Below are positions 49,191-64,000 of a DNA stretch of 64,000 nt, in pieces (within the stretch, counting starts at the first letter, position 1; every line of letters starts with the position of its first letter). The stretch is from the NCBI RefSeq assembly GCF_006345805.1, contig NW_021833764.1, forward strand, positions 1 through 64,000, in the 5' to 3' direction. Both the position numbers and the translations under genes were made by a program. The DNA is from Octopus sinensis (Eukaryota). A model generated the notes under the pieces. That model was given only the letters and a program-made list of their open reading frames with translations, was not told the origin of the DNA and did no database searches.

Positions 49191-52100
49191 AATGAGTGAA
49201 TGAGCGAATGAGTGAATGAGCGAATGAGTGAATGAGCGAATGAGTGAATGAGCGAATGAGTGAATGAGCGAATGAGTTGAAGACGAATGAGTGAATGAAG
49301 TGAATGAGCGAATGAGTGGTGAATGAGCGAAATGAGTGAAGAGCGATGAGTGATCGATGAGCGATATGAAAGTGAATGAGTGAATGAGCGAATGAGTGAA
49401 TGAGCGAATGAGTGAATGAGCGCAAAGAATGGAATGAGGAAATGAGTGATGAATGAGCGAATGAGTGAATGATTAGCGAATGAGTGAATGAACGAATAGT
49501 GATGAGAGTGAATGAGAGAAATGAGAATGAGAGATGCGAATGAGTGAGTGAATGAGCGAATGAGTGAATGAGCGCGAATGAGTGAATGAACGAATGAGTG
49601 AATGAGTGAATGAACGAATGAGTGAATGAGTGAATGAGCGAATGAAAGAATGAGTGAATGAACGAATGAGATGAATGAGCGATCAATGGGTGAATGAACA
49701 AATGAGTGAATGAAAGAAATGGAGTTGAATGAGCGAATGAGTGTGAATGAGCGAATGAGTGAATGAACGAATGAGTGAATGAGCGAATGAGTGATGAACG
49801 AATGAGTGAATGAGGTGAATGAGCAATGAGTGAATGAGCGAATGAGTGAATGAGCGAATGAGTGATGAGCGAAGAGTGAATGAGTGAATGAGCGAAGGAG
49901 TGAATGAGCGAATGAGTGAATGAGCGAATGAGTGAATGAGCGAATTGATGTGAATGAACGAATGATGAATGAGCGAATGAGGTGAATGAGCGAATGAAGT
50001 GAATGAACGAATGAGTGAATGAGCGAATGAGGGAATGAACGAGATGAAGCGAATGAGTGAATGAGCGCGAATGAGTGAATGAGCGAATGAGTGAATGAAG
50101 CGAATGAGTGAATGAATGAATGAGCGAATGAGTGAATGACGCGAATGAGTGAATGAGCGAATGAGTGAATGAGCGAATGAGTGAATGAACGAATGAGTGA
50201 AATGAGAGAATGAGTGACTGAACGAATTAGTGAATGAGTGAATGAGAAATGACGTGAATGAGGCGAATGAGTGAATGAGCGAATGAGGGAATGAAAGCGA
50301 ATGAGTGAATGAACGAATGTGTGAGATGAGTGAATGAGTGATAATGAACGAATGAGTGAATGAGTGAATGAGCGAATGAACGAATGAGTGAATGAAAACG
50401 AATGAGTGAATGAGCAAATGAGTGAATGAACAAATGAGTGAATGAACGAAAATGATGTGAATGAGCGAATGAGTGAATGAGCAAATGAGTGAATAAGCGA
50501 ATGGTGAATGAACGATTGAGTGATGAGCGAATGAGTGAATGAACGAATGAGTGAATGAACGAACGAAAGAGTGATGAGTGAATGAGCGAATGAGTGAATG
50601 GGCGAATGAGTGAATGATGAGCGAATGAGAGAATGAGTGAATGAGCGAATGAGTGAATGAACAATGAGTGAATGAGCGAATGAGTGGAATGAGCGATGAA
50701 GAGTGAATGAGCGAATGAGTGAATGAGCGAATGAGTAAATGAGCAAATGAGTGAAGATGGAATGAGCGAATGAGTGAATGTGCGAATGAGTGAGTGACAT
50801 GAAGCGAATGAGCGAATGAGTGAATGAGTGAATGAGCGAATGATGTGAATGAAGCGAATGAGTGAATGAGCGAATGAGTGAATGAGCGAATGAGTGAATG
50901 AGTGAATGAGCGAATGAGTGAATGAGCGAATGAGTGAATGAGCGAATGAGTGAATGAGTGAATGAGCGAATGAGTGAATGAGCGAATGAGTGAATGAACG
51001 AATGAGTGAATGAGCGAATGAGTGAATGAACGAATTAGTGAATGAGTGAATGAGAAATGAGTGAATGAGCGAATGAGTGAATGAGCGAATGAGTGAATGA
51101 GCGAATGAGTGAATGAACGAATGAGTGAATGAGTGAATGAACGAATGAGTGAATGAGTGAATGAGCGAATGAACGAATGAGTGAATGAACGAATGACGTG
51201 AATGAGCAAATGAGTGAATGAACAAATGAGTGAATGAACGAATGAGTGAATGAGCGAATGAGTGAATGAGCGAATGAGTGAATGAACGAATGAGTGAATG
51301 AGCCAATGAGTGAATGAACGAATGAGTGAATGAGTGAATGAGCGAATGAGTGAATGAGCGAATGAGTGAATGAGCGAATGAGTGAATGAGCGAATGAGTG
51401 AATGAGTGAATGAGCGAAGGAGTGAATGAGCGAATGAGTGAATGAGCGAATGAGTGAATGAACGAATGAGTGAATGAGCGAATGAGTGAATGAGCGAATG
51501 AGTGAATGAGCGAATGAGTGAATGAGCGAATGAGTGAATGAACGAATGAGTGAATGAGCGAATGAGTGAATGAACGAATGAGTGAATGAGTGAATGAGCG
51601 AATGAGTGAATGAGCGAATGAGTGAATGAGCGAATGAGTGAATGAGCGAATGAGTGAATGAGTGAATGAGCGAATGAGTGAATGAGCGAATGAGTGAATG
51701 CGCGAATGAGTGAATGAGCGAATGAGTTAATGAACGAATGAGTGAATGAGCGAATGAGTGAATGAACGAATTAGTGAATGAGTGAATGAGAAATGAGTGA
51801 ATGAGCGAATGAGTGAATGAGCGAATGAGGTGAATGAGCGAATGAGTGAATGAACGAATGTGGTGAAGGAGTGAATGGTGAATGGAAACGAATGAGTGAA
51901 TGAGTGAATGAGCGAATGAACGAATGAGTGAATGAACGAATGAGTGAATGAGCAAATGAGTGAATGAACAAATGAGTGAATGAACGAATGAGTGAATGAG
52001 CGAATGAGTGAATGAGCAAATGAGTGAATAAGCGAATGAGTGAATGAACGAATGAGTGAATGAGCGAATGAGTGAATGAACGAATGAGTGAATGAGCGAA

Positions 52101-55100
52101 TGAGTGAATGAGCGAATGAGTGAATGGGGCGAATGAGTGAATGAAGCGAATGAGAATGAGTGAAGAGGAATGAGCGAATGAGTGAATGAACAAATGAGTG
52201 AATGAGCGAATGAGTGAATGAGCGAATGAGTGAATGAGCGAATGAGTAAATGAGCGAATGGTGAATTGAGTGAATGAGCGAATGAGTGAATGTGCGAATG
52301 AGTGAATGAGCGAATGAGCGAATGAGTGAATGAGTGTGAATGAGCGAATGAGTGAATGAGCGAATGAGTCAATGAGCGAATGAGTGAATGAGCGAATGAG
52401 TGAAGGAGTGAATGAGCGAATGAGTGAATGAGCGAATGAGTGAATGAGCGAATGAGTGAATGAGCGAATGAGTGAATGAGTGAATGAGCGAATGAGTGAA
52501 TGAGCGAATGAGTGAATGAGCGAATGAGAGAATGAACGAATTAGTGAATGAGTGAATGAGAAATGAGTGAATGAGCGAATGAGTGAATGAGCGAATGAGT
52601 GAATGAGCGAATGAGTGAATGAACGAATGAGTGAATGAGTGAATGAGTGAATGAACGAATGAGTGAATGAGTGAATGAGCGAATGAACGAATGAGTGAAT
52701 GAACGAATGAGTGAATGAGCAAATGAGTGAATGAACAAATGAGTGAATGAACGAATGAGTGAATGAGCGAATGAGTGAATGAGCAAATGAGTGAATAAGC
52801 GAATGAGTGAATGAACGAATGAGTGAATGAGCGAATGAGTGAATGAACAAATGAGTGAATGAGCGAATGAGTGAATGGGCGAATGAGTGAATGAGCGAAT
52901 GAGTGAATGAGTGAATAAGCGAATGAGTGTATGAACGAATGAGTGAATGAGCGAATGAGTGAATGAGCGAATGAGTGAATGAGCGAATGAGTGAATGAGC
53001 GAATGAGTGAATGAGCGAATGAGTAAATGAGCGAATGAGCGTATGAGCGAATGAGTGAATGTGCGAATGAGTGAATGAGCGAATGAGCGAATGAGCGAAT
53101 GAGTGAATGAGCGAATGAGTGAATGAGCGAATGAGTGAATGAGCGAATGAGTGAATGAGCGAATAAGCGAATGAGTGAATGAGCGAATGAGTGAATGAGC
53201 GAATGAGTGAATGAGCGAATGAGCGAATGAGCGAATGAGCGAATGAGTGAATGAACGAATGAGCGAATGAACGAATGAGTGAATGAGCGAATGAGTGAAT
53301 GAGCGAATGAGTGAATGAGCGAATGAGTGAATGAGCGAATGAGTGAATGAACGAATGAGTGAATGAGCGAATGAGTGAATGAGCGAATGAGTGAATGTGC
53401 GAATGAGCGAATGAGTGAATGAGCGAATGAACGAATGAGCGAATGAGTAAATGAGCGAATGAGTGAATGAGCGAATGAGTGAATGAGCGAATGAGTGAAT
53501 GAGAGAATGAACGAATGAGCGAATGAACGAATGAGTGAATGAGCGAATGAGTGAATGAGCGAATGAGTGAATGAACGAATGAGTGAATGAGCGAATGAGT
53601 GAATGAGCGAATGAGTGAATGAGCGAATGAGTGAATGAGTGAATGAGTGAATGAGCGAATGAGTGAATGAGCGAATGAGTGAATGAGCGAATGAGTGAAT
53701 CAGCGAATAAGTGAATGAGCAAATGAGTGAATGAACAAATGAGTGAATGAACGAATGAATGAATGAGCGAATGAGTGAATGAGCGAATGAATGAATGAAC
53801 GAATGAGAGAATGAACGAATGAGTGAATGAACGAATGAGTGAATGAGCGAATGATTGAATGAGCGAATGAGTGAATGAACAAATGAGTGAATGAACGAAT
53901 GAGTGAATGAGCGAGATGAGTGAATGAACGAATGAGGTGAATGAACGAAATGAGTGAATGAAACGAATGAGTGAATGCCCGAATGAGTGAATGAGCGAAT
54001 ATGGTGAACGAGCGAATGAGTGAATGAACGAATGAGTGAATGAGCGAATGAGTGAATGAACGAATGAGTGAATGAACGAATGAGTGAATGAGCGAATGAG
54101 TGAATGAGCGAATGAGTGAATGAGCGAATGAGCGAATTAGTGAATGAGCGAATGAACGAATGAGCGAATGAGTGAATGAGCGAATGAGTGAATGAACGAA
54201 TGAGTGAATGAACGAATGAATGAATGAACGAATGAGTGAATGAACGAATGAGTGAATGCCCGAATGAGTGAATAAGCGAATGAGTGAATGAGCGAATGAG
54301 TGAATGAACGAATGAGTGAATGAGCGAATGAGTGAAAGAGCGAATGAGTGAATGAGCGAATGAGTGAATGAACGAATGAGTGAATGAGCGAATGAGTGAA
54401 TGAGCGAATGAGTGAATGAGCGAATGAGTGAATGAACGAATGAGTGAATGAGCGAATGAGTGAATGAACGAATGAGTGAATGAGTGAATGAGCGAATGAG
54501 TGAATGAGCGAATGAGTGAATGAGCGAATGAGTGAATGAGCGAATGAGCGAATGCGTGATGAGCGAATGATGTGAATGAGCGAATGAGTGAATGAGCGAA
54601 TGAGTGAATGAACGAATGAGTGATGAGAGAACGAAGAATGAGTGAATGAATGAACGAATTAGTGAATGAGTGATGAGAAATGAGGAATGAGCGACGAATG
54701 AGTGAATGAGCGAAAGAGTGAATGAGTGAATGAGTGAATGAGCGAATGAGTGAATGAACGAATGAGTGAATGACTGAATGAGTGAATGAACGAATGAGTG
54801 AATGAGTGAATGAGCGAATGAGTGAATGAACGAATGAGTGAATGAGCAAATGAGTGAATGAACAAATGAGTGAATGAACGAATGAGTGAATGAGCGAATG
54901 AGGGAATGAGCAAATGAGTGAATAAGCGAATGAGTGAATGAACGAATGAGTGAATGAGCGAATGACTGAATGAACGAATGAGTGAATGAGCGAATGAGTG
55001 AATGAGCGAATGAGTGAATGGGCGAATGAGTGAATGAGCGAATGAGTGAATGAGTGAATGAGCGAATGAGTGAATGAGCGAATGAGTGAATGAGCGAATG

Positions 55101-58100
55101 AGTGAATGAGCGAATGAGTGAAAGAGCGAATGAGTGAATGAGCGAATGAGTAAATGAGCGAATGAGCGAATGAGCGAATGAGTGAATGTGCGAATGAGTT
55201 AATGAGCGAATGAGCGAATGAGTGAATGAGTGAATGAGCGAATGAGTGAATGAGCGAATGAGTGAATGAGCGAATGAGTGAATGAGCGAATGAGTGAATG
55301 AGTGAATGAGCGAATGAGTGAATGAGCGAATGAGTGAATGAGCGAATGAGTGAATGAGCGAATGAGTGAATGAGCGAATGAGTGAATGAGTGAATGAGCG
55401 AATGAGTGAATGAGCGAATGAGTGAATGAACGAATGAGTGAATGAGCGAATGAGTGAATGAACGAATTAGTGAATGAGTGAATGAGAAATGAGTGAATGA
55501 GCGAATGAGTGAATGAGCGAATGAGTGAATGAGCGAATGAGTGAATGAACGAATGAGTGAATGAGTGAATGAGTGAATGAACGAATGAGTGAATGAGTGA
55601 ATGAGCGAATGAACGAATGAGTGAATGAACGAATGAGTGAATGAGCAAATGAGTGAATGAACAAATGAGTGAATGAACGAATGAGTGAATGAGCGAATGA
55701 GTGAATGAGCAAATGAGTGAATAAGCGAATGAGTGAATGAACGAATGAGTGAATGAGCGAATGAGTGAATGAACGAATGAGTGAATCAGCGAATGAGTGA
55801 ATGGGCGAATGAGTGAATGAGCGAATGAGTGAATGAGTGAATGAGCGAATGAGTGTATGAACGAATGAGTGAATGAGCGAATGAGTGAATGAGCGAATGA
55901 GTGAATGAGCGAATGAGTGAATGAGCGAATGAGAGAATGAGCGAATGAGTAAATGAGCGAATGAGCGAATGAGCGAATGAGTGAATGTGCGAATGAGTGA
56001 ATGAGCGAATGAGCGAATGAGCGAATGAGTGAATGAGCGAATGAGTGAATGAGCGAATGAGTGAATGAGCGAATGAGCGAATGAGTGAATGAGCGAATGA
56101 GTGAATGAGCGAATGAGTGAATGAGCGAATGAGTGAATGAGCGAATGAGCGAATGAGTGAATGAACGAATGAACGAATGAGCGAATGAACGAATGAGTGA
56201 ATGAGCGAATGAGTGAATGAGCGAATGAGTGAATGAGCGAATGAGTGAATGAGCGAATGAGTGAATGAACGAATGAGTGAATGAGCGAATGAGTGAATGA
56301 GCGAAAGAATGAATGTGCGAATGAGCGAATGAGTGAATGAGCGAATGAACGAATGAGCGAATGAGTAAATGAGCGAATGAGTGAATGAACGAATGAGTGA
56401 ATGAGCGAATGAGTGAATGAGCGAATGAGTGAATGAGAGAATGAACGAATGAGCGAATGAACGAATGAGTGAATGAGCGAATGAGTGAATGAGCGAATGA
56501 GTGAATGAACGAATGAGTGAATGAACGAATGAGTGAATGAGCGAATGAGTGAATGAGCGAATGAGTGAATGAGTGAATGAGTGAATGAGCGAATGAGTGA
56601 ATGAGCGAATGAGTGAATGAGCGAATGAGTGAATCAGCGAATAAGTGAATGAGCAAATGAGTGAATGAACAAATGAGTAAATGAACGAATGAATGAATGA
56701 GCGAATGAGTGAATGAGCGAATGAATGAATGAACGAATGAGTGAATGAACGAATGAGTGAATGAACGAATGAGTGAATGAGCGAATGATTGAATGAGCGA
56801 ATGAGTGAATGAACAAATGAGTGAATGAACGAATGAGTGAATGAGCGAATGAGTGAATGAACGAATGAGTGAATGAACGAATGAGTGAATGAACGAATGA
56901 GTGAATGCTCGAATGAGTGAATGAGCGAATGAGTGAATGAGCGAATGAGTGAATGAACGAATGAGTGAATGAGCGAATGAGTGAATGAACGAATGAGTGA
57001 ATGAACGAATGAGTGAATGAGCGAATGAGTGAATGAGCGAATGAGTGAATGAGCGAATGAGCGAATGAGTGAATGAGCGAATGAAGGAATGAGCGAATGA
57101 GTGAATGAGCGAATGAGTGAATGAACGAATGAGTGAATGAACGAATGAGTGAATGCCCGAATGAGTGAATGAGCGAATGAGTGAATGAGCGAATGAGTGA
57201 ATGAACGAATGAGTGAATGAGAGAATGAGTGAATGAGCGAATGAGTGAATGAACGAATGAGTGAATGAGCGAATGAGTGAATGAGCGAATGAGTGAATGA
57301 GCGAATGAGCGAATGAGTGAATGAGCGAATGAAACGAATGAGCGATGAGTGAATGAGCGAATGAGTGAATGAGCGAATGAGTGAATGAGCGAATGAGTGA
57401 ATGAGCGAATGAGCGAATGAGGGAATGAGTGAATGAGCGAATGAGTGAATGAGCGAATGAGTGAATGAGCGAATGATGAGTGAACGAGCGAATGAGCGAA
57501 TGAGCGAATGAGTGAATGAGCGAATGAGTGAATGAACGAATGAGTGAATGAGCGAATGAGTGAATGAGCGAATGAGTGAATGAGCGAATGAGTGAATGAG
57601 TGAATGAGTGAATGAGCGAATGAGTGAATGAGCGAATGAGTGAATGAGCGAATGAGTGAATCAGCGAATAAGTGAATGAGCAAATGAGTGAATGAACAAA
57701 TGAGTGAATGAACGAATGAATGAATGAGCGAATGAGTGAATGAGCGAATGAATGAATGAACGAATGAGTGAATGAACGAATGAGTGAATGAGCGAATGAT
57801 TGAATGAGCGAATGAGTGAATGAACAAATGAGTGAATGAACGAATGAGTGAATGAGCGAATGAGTGAATGAACGAATGAGTGAATGAACGAATGAGTGAA
57901 TGCCCGAATGAGTGAATGAGCGAATGAGTGAATGAGCGAATGAGTGAATGAACGAATGAGTGAATGAGCGAATGAGTGAATGAACGAATGAGTGAATGAA
58001 CGAATGAGTGAATGAGCGAATGAGTGAATGAGCGAATGAGTGAATGAGCAAATGAGTGAATGAACAAATGAGTGAATGAACGAATGAATGAATGAGCGAA

Positions 58101-60572
58101 TGAGTGAATGAGCGAATGAATGAATGAGCGAATGAGTGAATGAGCGAATAAGTGAATGAGCGAATGAGTTAATGATCGAATGAGTGAATGAACGAATGAG
58201 TGAATGAACGAATGAGTGAATGAGCGAATGAGTGAATGAGCGAATGAGTGAATGAGCGAATGAGTGAATGAGCGAATGAGTGAATGAACGAATGAGCGAA
58301 TGAGTGAATGAGCGAATGAACGAATGAGTGAATAAACGAATGAGTAAATGAGCGAATGAGTGAATAAGCGAATGAGTGAATGAGCGAATGAGTGAATGAA
58401 CGAATGAGTGAATGAACGAATGAGTGAATGAGCGAATGAGTGAATGAGCGAATGAGTGAATAAGCAAATGAGTGAATGAACAAATGAGTGAATGAACGAA
58501 TGAGTGAATGAGCGAATGAGTGAATGAGCGAATGAGTGAATGAGTGAATGAGTGAATGAGCGAATGAGTGAATGAGTGAATGAGTGAATGAGCGAATGAG
58601 TGAATGAGCGAATGAGTGAATGAGCGAATGAGTGAATCAGCGAATAAGTGAATGAGCAAATGAGTGAATGAACAAATGAGTGAATGAACGAATGAATGAA
58701 TGAGCGAATGAGTGAATGAGCGAATGAATGCATGAACGAATGAGTGAATGAACGAATGAGTGAATGAACGAATGAGTGAATGAGCGAATGATTGAATGAG
58801 ATGGCGAATGAGTGATGAACAAATGAGTGAATGAACGAATGAGTGAATGAGCGAATGAGTGAATGAACGAATGAGTGAATGAACGAATGAGTGAATGCCC
58901 GAATGAGTGAATGAGCGAATGAGTGAATGAGCGAATGAGTGAATGAACGAATGAGTGAATGAGTGAATGAGTGAATGAACGAATGAGTGAATGAACGAAT
59001 GAGTGAATGAGCGATGAGTGAGAGTGAATGAGCGAATGAGTGAATGAGCAATGAGTGAATGAACAAATGAGTGAATGAACGAATGAATGAATGAGCGAAT
59101 GAGTGAATGAGCGAATGAATGAATGAGCGAATGAGTGAATGAGCGAATAAGTGAATGAGCGAATGAGTGAATGATCGAATGAGGAATGATGAACGAATGA
59201 GTGAATGAACGAATGAGTGAATGAGCGAATGAGTGAATGAGCGAATGAGTGAATGAGCGAATGAGTGAATGAGCGAATGAGTGAAGTGAATGAACGAATG
59301 AGCGAATGAGCGAATGAGTGAATGAGCGCAGTGAATGAACGAATGAGTGAATGAACGAATGAGTGAATAAGCGAATGAGTGAATGATGAGCGAATGAGTG
59401 AATGAACGAATGAGTGAATGAACGAATGAGTGAATGAGCGAATGAGTGAATGAGCGAATGAGTGAATGAGCAAATGAGTGAATGAACAAATGAGTGAATG
59501 AACGAATGAGTGAATGAGCGAATGAGTGAATGAGCGAATGAGTGAATGAGCGAATGAGTGAATGAGCGCATGAGTGAATGAGCGAATGAGTGAATGAGCG
59601 AATGAGTGAATGAACGAATGAGCGATTGAGTGAATGAGCGAATGAACGAATGAGTGAATGAACGAATGAGTGAATGAGCGAATGAGTGAATGAGCGAATG
59701 AGTGAATGAGCGAATGAGTGAATGAGCGAATGAGTGAATGAACGAATGAGTGAATGAGCGAATGAGTGAATGAGCGAATGAGTGAATGAGCGAATGAGTG
59801 AATGAGCAAATGAGTGAGTGAACGAATGAGTGAATGAACGAATGAGTGAATGAGCGAATGAGTGAATGAGCGAATGTGTGAATGTACGAATGAGTGAATG
59901 AGCGAATGAGTGAATGAGCGAATGAGTGAATGAGCGAATGAGTGAATGAACGAATGAATGAATGAGTGAATGAGCGAATGAACGAATGAGTGAATGAACG
60001 AATGAGTGAATGAGCGAATGAGTGAATGAGCGAATGAGTGAATGAGCGAATGAGTGAATGAACGAATGAGTGAATGAACGAATGAGTGAATGAGCGAATG
60101 AGTGAATGAGAGAATGAGTGAATGAGCGAATGAGTGAATGAACGAATGAGCGAATGAGTGAATGAGCGAATGAGTAAATGAGCGAATGAGTGAATGAGCG
60201 AATTAGTGAATGAGCGAATGAGTGAATGAGTGAATGAGTGAATGAGCGAATGAGTGAATGAACGAATGAGTGAATGAACGAATGAGTGAATGAGCGAATG
60301 AGTGAATGAGCGAATGAGTGAATGAGCGAATGAGTGAATGAACGAATGAGCGAATTAGTGAATGAGCGCATGAGTGAATGAACAAATGAGTGAATGAACG
60401 AATGAGTGAATGAGCGAATGAGTGAATGAGCGAATGAGTGAATGAGTGAATGAGTGAATGAGCAAATGAGTGAATGAGCGAATGAGTGAATGAACAAATG
60501 AGTGAATGAGCGAATGAGTGAATGAGCGAATGAGTGAATGAGCGAATGAGTGAATGAGTGAATGAGCGAATG
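49191..60572. repeat. 11.4 kb array of the 16-bp unit GAATGAGT-GAATGAGC, with GAATGAAC variants
   Basis: Direct reading: alternating 8-mers derived from (GAAT)n. Confidence 0.97.
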
Positions 60573-61440
60573 AACAAAAGAAAGAAACAATCAACGATTG
60601 ATTGATTGAACAGATGGATGAACAAGTTTATAAATGAATGAGTGAATGAATGAACTAAAATAAATTGATAAACATGCGGATGAATGAATAAAATGATGAA
60701 GAAGTAAACGAATGAATTTATAGATGAATGAAGAGTAAATGGATAGACGAACAAAATAATGAATAAGCTGATGGAAGGATGAATGAATGAATGAACGAAA
60801 GAGCAAAAGAATGAAAATGGAGAAATGAATGAATTAGTAAACGAGTGAACGAGCGAATGAACAAATGGACAAAAGGATGAATGAAAGAATCGACTGAAGA
60901 ATGAATTTGAGAAAAGGTGAATGAATGAGTGAATGAACGAATGTATGACTGAATCAGAGAAAAAACGAACGAAAGAACGAGGGATGAATGAATGAATGAA
61001 CGAAGGGGTAGATAAATGAACGATTTAATGAATGAATGAATGAATGAAAGGACGCGGGAATCGATGAAGGAATGGGATGGATGAATGAAGTGAAGAATGA
61101 ATGAGAGGCTGAATGAATGGATGAATGAATGAATGAATGCACGAGAGAATGGATGGGTGAATGAATGAATGAACGAGAGGATGGGTGGGTGAATGAATGA
61201 ATGAATGAACGAGGAAATGGATGAATGAATCGAATCAATCAAGGAACGAACCAATGTATCAATAAATGGATGGATGGTTAGAATGATTAGCGAACGAGCG
61301 ACTGGACGGATGAATGATCTAATATACATGAATGAATGTGCGAGTGAATCAATAAACAAACACAAGAATGAAAAATGAAGAAATGAATTATGAATGAACG
61401 AGTGATTAGATGAATCATTTAGTGAAGGAATAATTGGAGA
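60573..61440. repeat. Degenerate (GAAT)n-derived region, right flank
   Basis: GAAT-rich; direct repeat of part of the left flank. Confidence 0.85.
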
Positions 61441-61493
61441 CGTAGAAAAGGCAGAGAGAAACGGAGAACATTGAATGGGGGGGGGGCGCATGT

Positions 61494-61735
61494 AATCTTT
61501 TATCTTTTGAATGATTCAGTCATAAAACTGTGGCCACGCTGGGGCACCACCTTGCAGAATTTTTAATCGAATGAATTAACCCTTATACTTCTTTTTTTTT
61601 TTTAGTTTTTTTTCTTTTTAGGCCCGGTACATAATCTATGGGACGCTTTTGTCGAACTGATAGGTTACAGGGATGTAAACACACCAACACCGATTATCAA
61701 GTTCTGGTGGGCGACATACACAAACACAAAGACAC
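61494..61735 (-). mobile_element. 3' part of an octopus-type SINE
   Basis: (ATCTTTT) tail, ctgtggccacgctggggcaccacc..., gtaaacacaccaacaccg..., leading into (CA)n. The tail matches 128-182, 9818 and 62866. Confidence 0.7.
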
Positions 61736-62384
61736 ACACAAACGCACACACAAACACACACACACACATACACACACACACGCACACACACACACACACA
61801 TACACACACGCACGCACACACACAACACACACACACACACATACACACACACGCGGGCGCCCTGAAGAAAAAAGACCCGGTATTTGAAATGCAATGGCAG
61901 CCATGTTAAACGATATGTCGTGGCCAGGAGGGACCCTTAGTTTCAGTGAGGCCCAGCATTCGAGGCCACGTTGACGGCTCTCGTCACGTGTTGTGGTAGA
62001 GCTACGGTAACAGAGTGATTTCTTGATATCGTAGTGGTTTCTGCATTTCTGCTTCAGGGTGGAGGGGCGTTGCAGGAAGGCTGTTCATTTTCGCTGTTAA
62101 AACGGAGATACGGTTGTTGTGACCCCACGGAGGGAAGCATGCGTTGGCAGCATGGTCGCTAGTCTGAAAGTAGTGCAGGTTTGGCGTGCGTTCATTCATT
62201 CAATGAATGAGAGAATGAAACAACGATTGAACAAACGAATAAAGAAATAAATGCTGCAATTTGATTGGTTGGCTGTGTGATTGGATGAACATGTGAAAGA
62301 AAGCAGCGCTGACGGGTTATATCTAGGATTGAAAATTCAATGCATTATGTCATCCCTATATGCTAAAATATACATACTCATCAG

Positions 62385-63640
<1,256 letters not shown>

Positions 63641-64000
63641 TGTTTCTGCAACCTAATCGGTGGAGTAAATCCAGCGACCTTGACCTTTTAGGAAATGACC
63701 TCTGAGACGCGCGCACTGGGCGGGAAATATAGTAGTAGCAAATTGGAAAGAGAGTAGCGAGAGGAGGGGAACCTGTTAGAATGAAAGAGAGAGAGGTGTG
63801 AGGAAGAGAGAAAAGTAGGAGGAGGGAAGAATGGTTGGATGCCATAACTCATGGAACCGTACAGCTCCAAGTATGACATCATGAAGATGAATTTTCCTCA
63901 GGCCGAATACGCCTCGTTGCGAATTCCATTAACAAAACAGATTCCGATAACGCGCCACTCAGAGACATGCTGGAGATCCAGAAACTGCGTGTGTAAGGCA

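Noticed and set aside
48977-60590. Very long minus-strand ORFs (HSFAHSLIRSFT repeats, up to 1318 aa)
   Set aside because: These are stop-free translations of (ATTC)-derived repeats, open in several frames at once, with no coding signal.

Overview
This window is non-coding, repeat-dominated eukaryotic DNA. The SINE families and the (TA)n/(TATG)n/(GATA)n density suggest a coleoid cephalopod, probably Octopus (recognised from memory, not searched). I found no intact protein-coding gene; the long ORFs are artefacts of repeats. Layout: (1) 1-15.6 kb is a nest of transposon relics: an RTE LINE with two nested SINEs carrying TSDs, an R4/Dong-type 3' end, an internally deleted mariner, four non-autonomous Helitrons, Penelope-like relics, and a palindromic element with a hammerhead-ribozyme-like fold at about 2.5 kb. 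(2) 15,658-48,503 is a 32.8 kb satellite of about 216 x 152 bp monomers. Each monomer is an internal SINE fragment (B-box-like motif plus Meta/MESC-like domain) joined to a ~37 bp linker that also occurs at both ends of the array, so the founding insertion can still be read. Higher-order blocks of 11, 14, ~24, ~29 and 8 monomers are visible. (3) 48.5-61.4 kb is a GAAT-derived domain whose 11.4 kb core is a 16-bp (GAATGAGT-GAATGAGC) array, bracketed by an older ~290 bp unit. (4) 61.4-64 kb holds SINE pieces, microsatellites and two unexplained unique islands.
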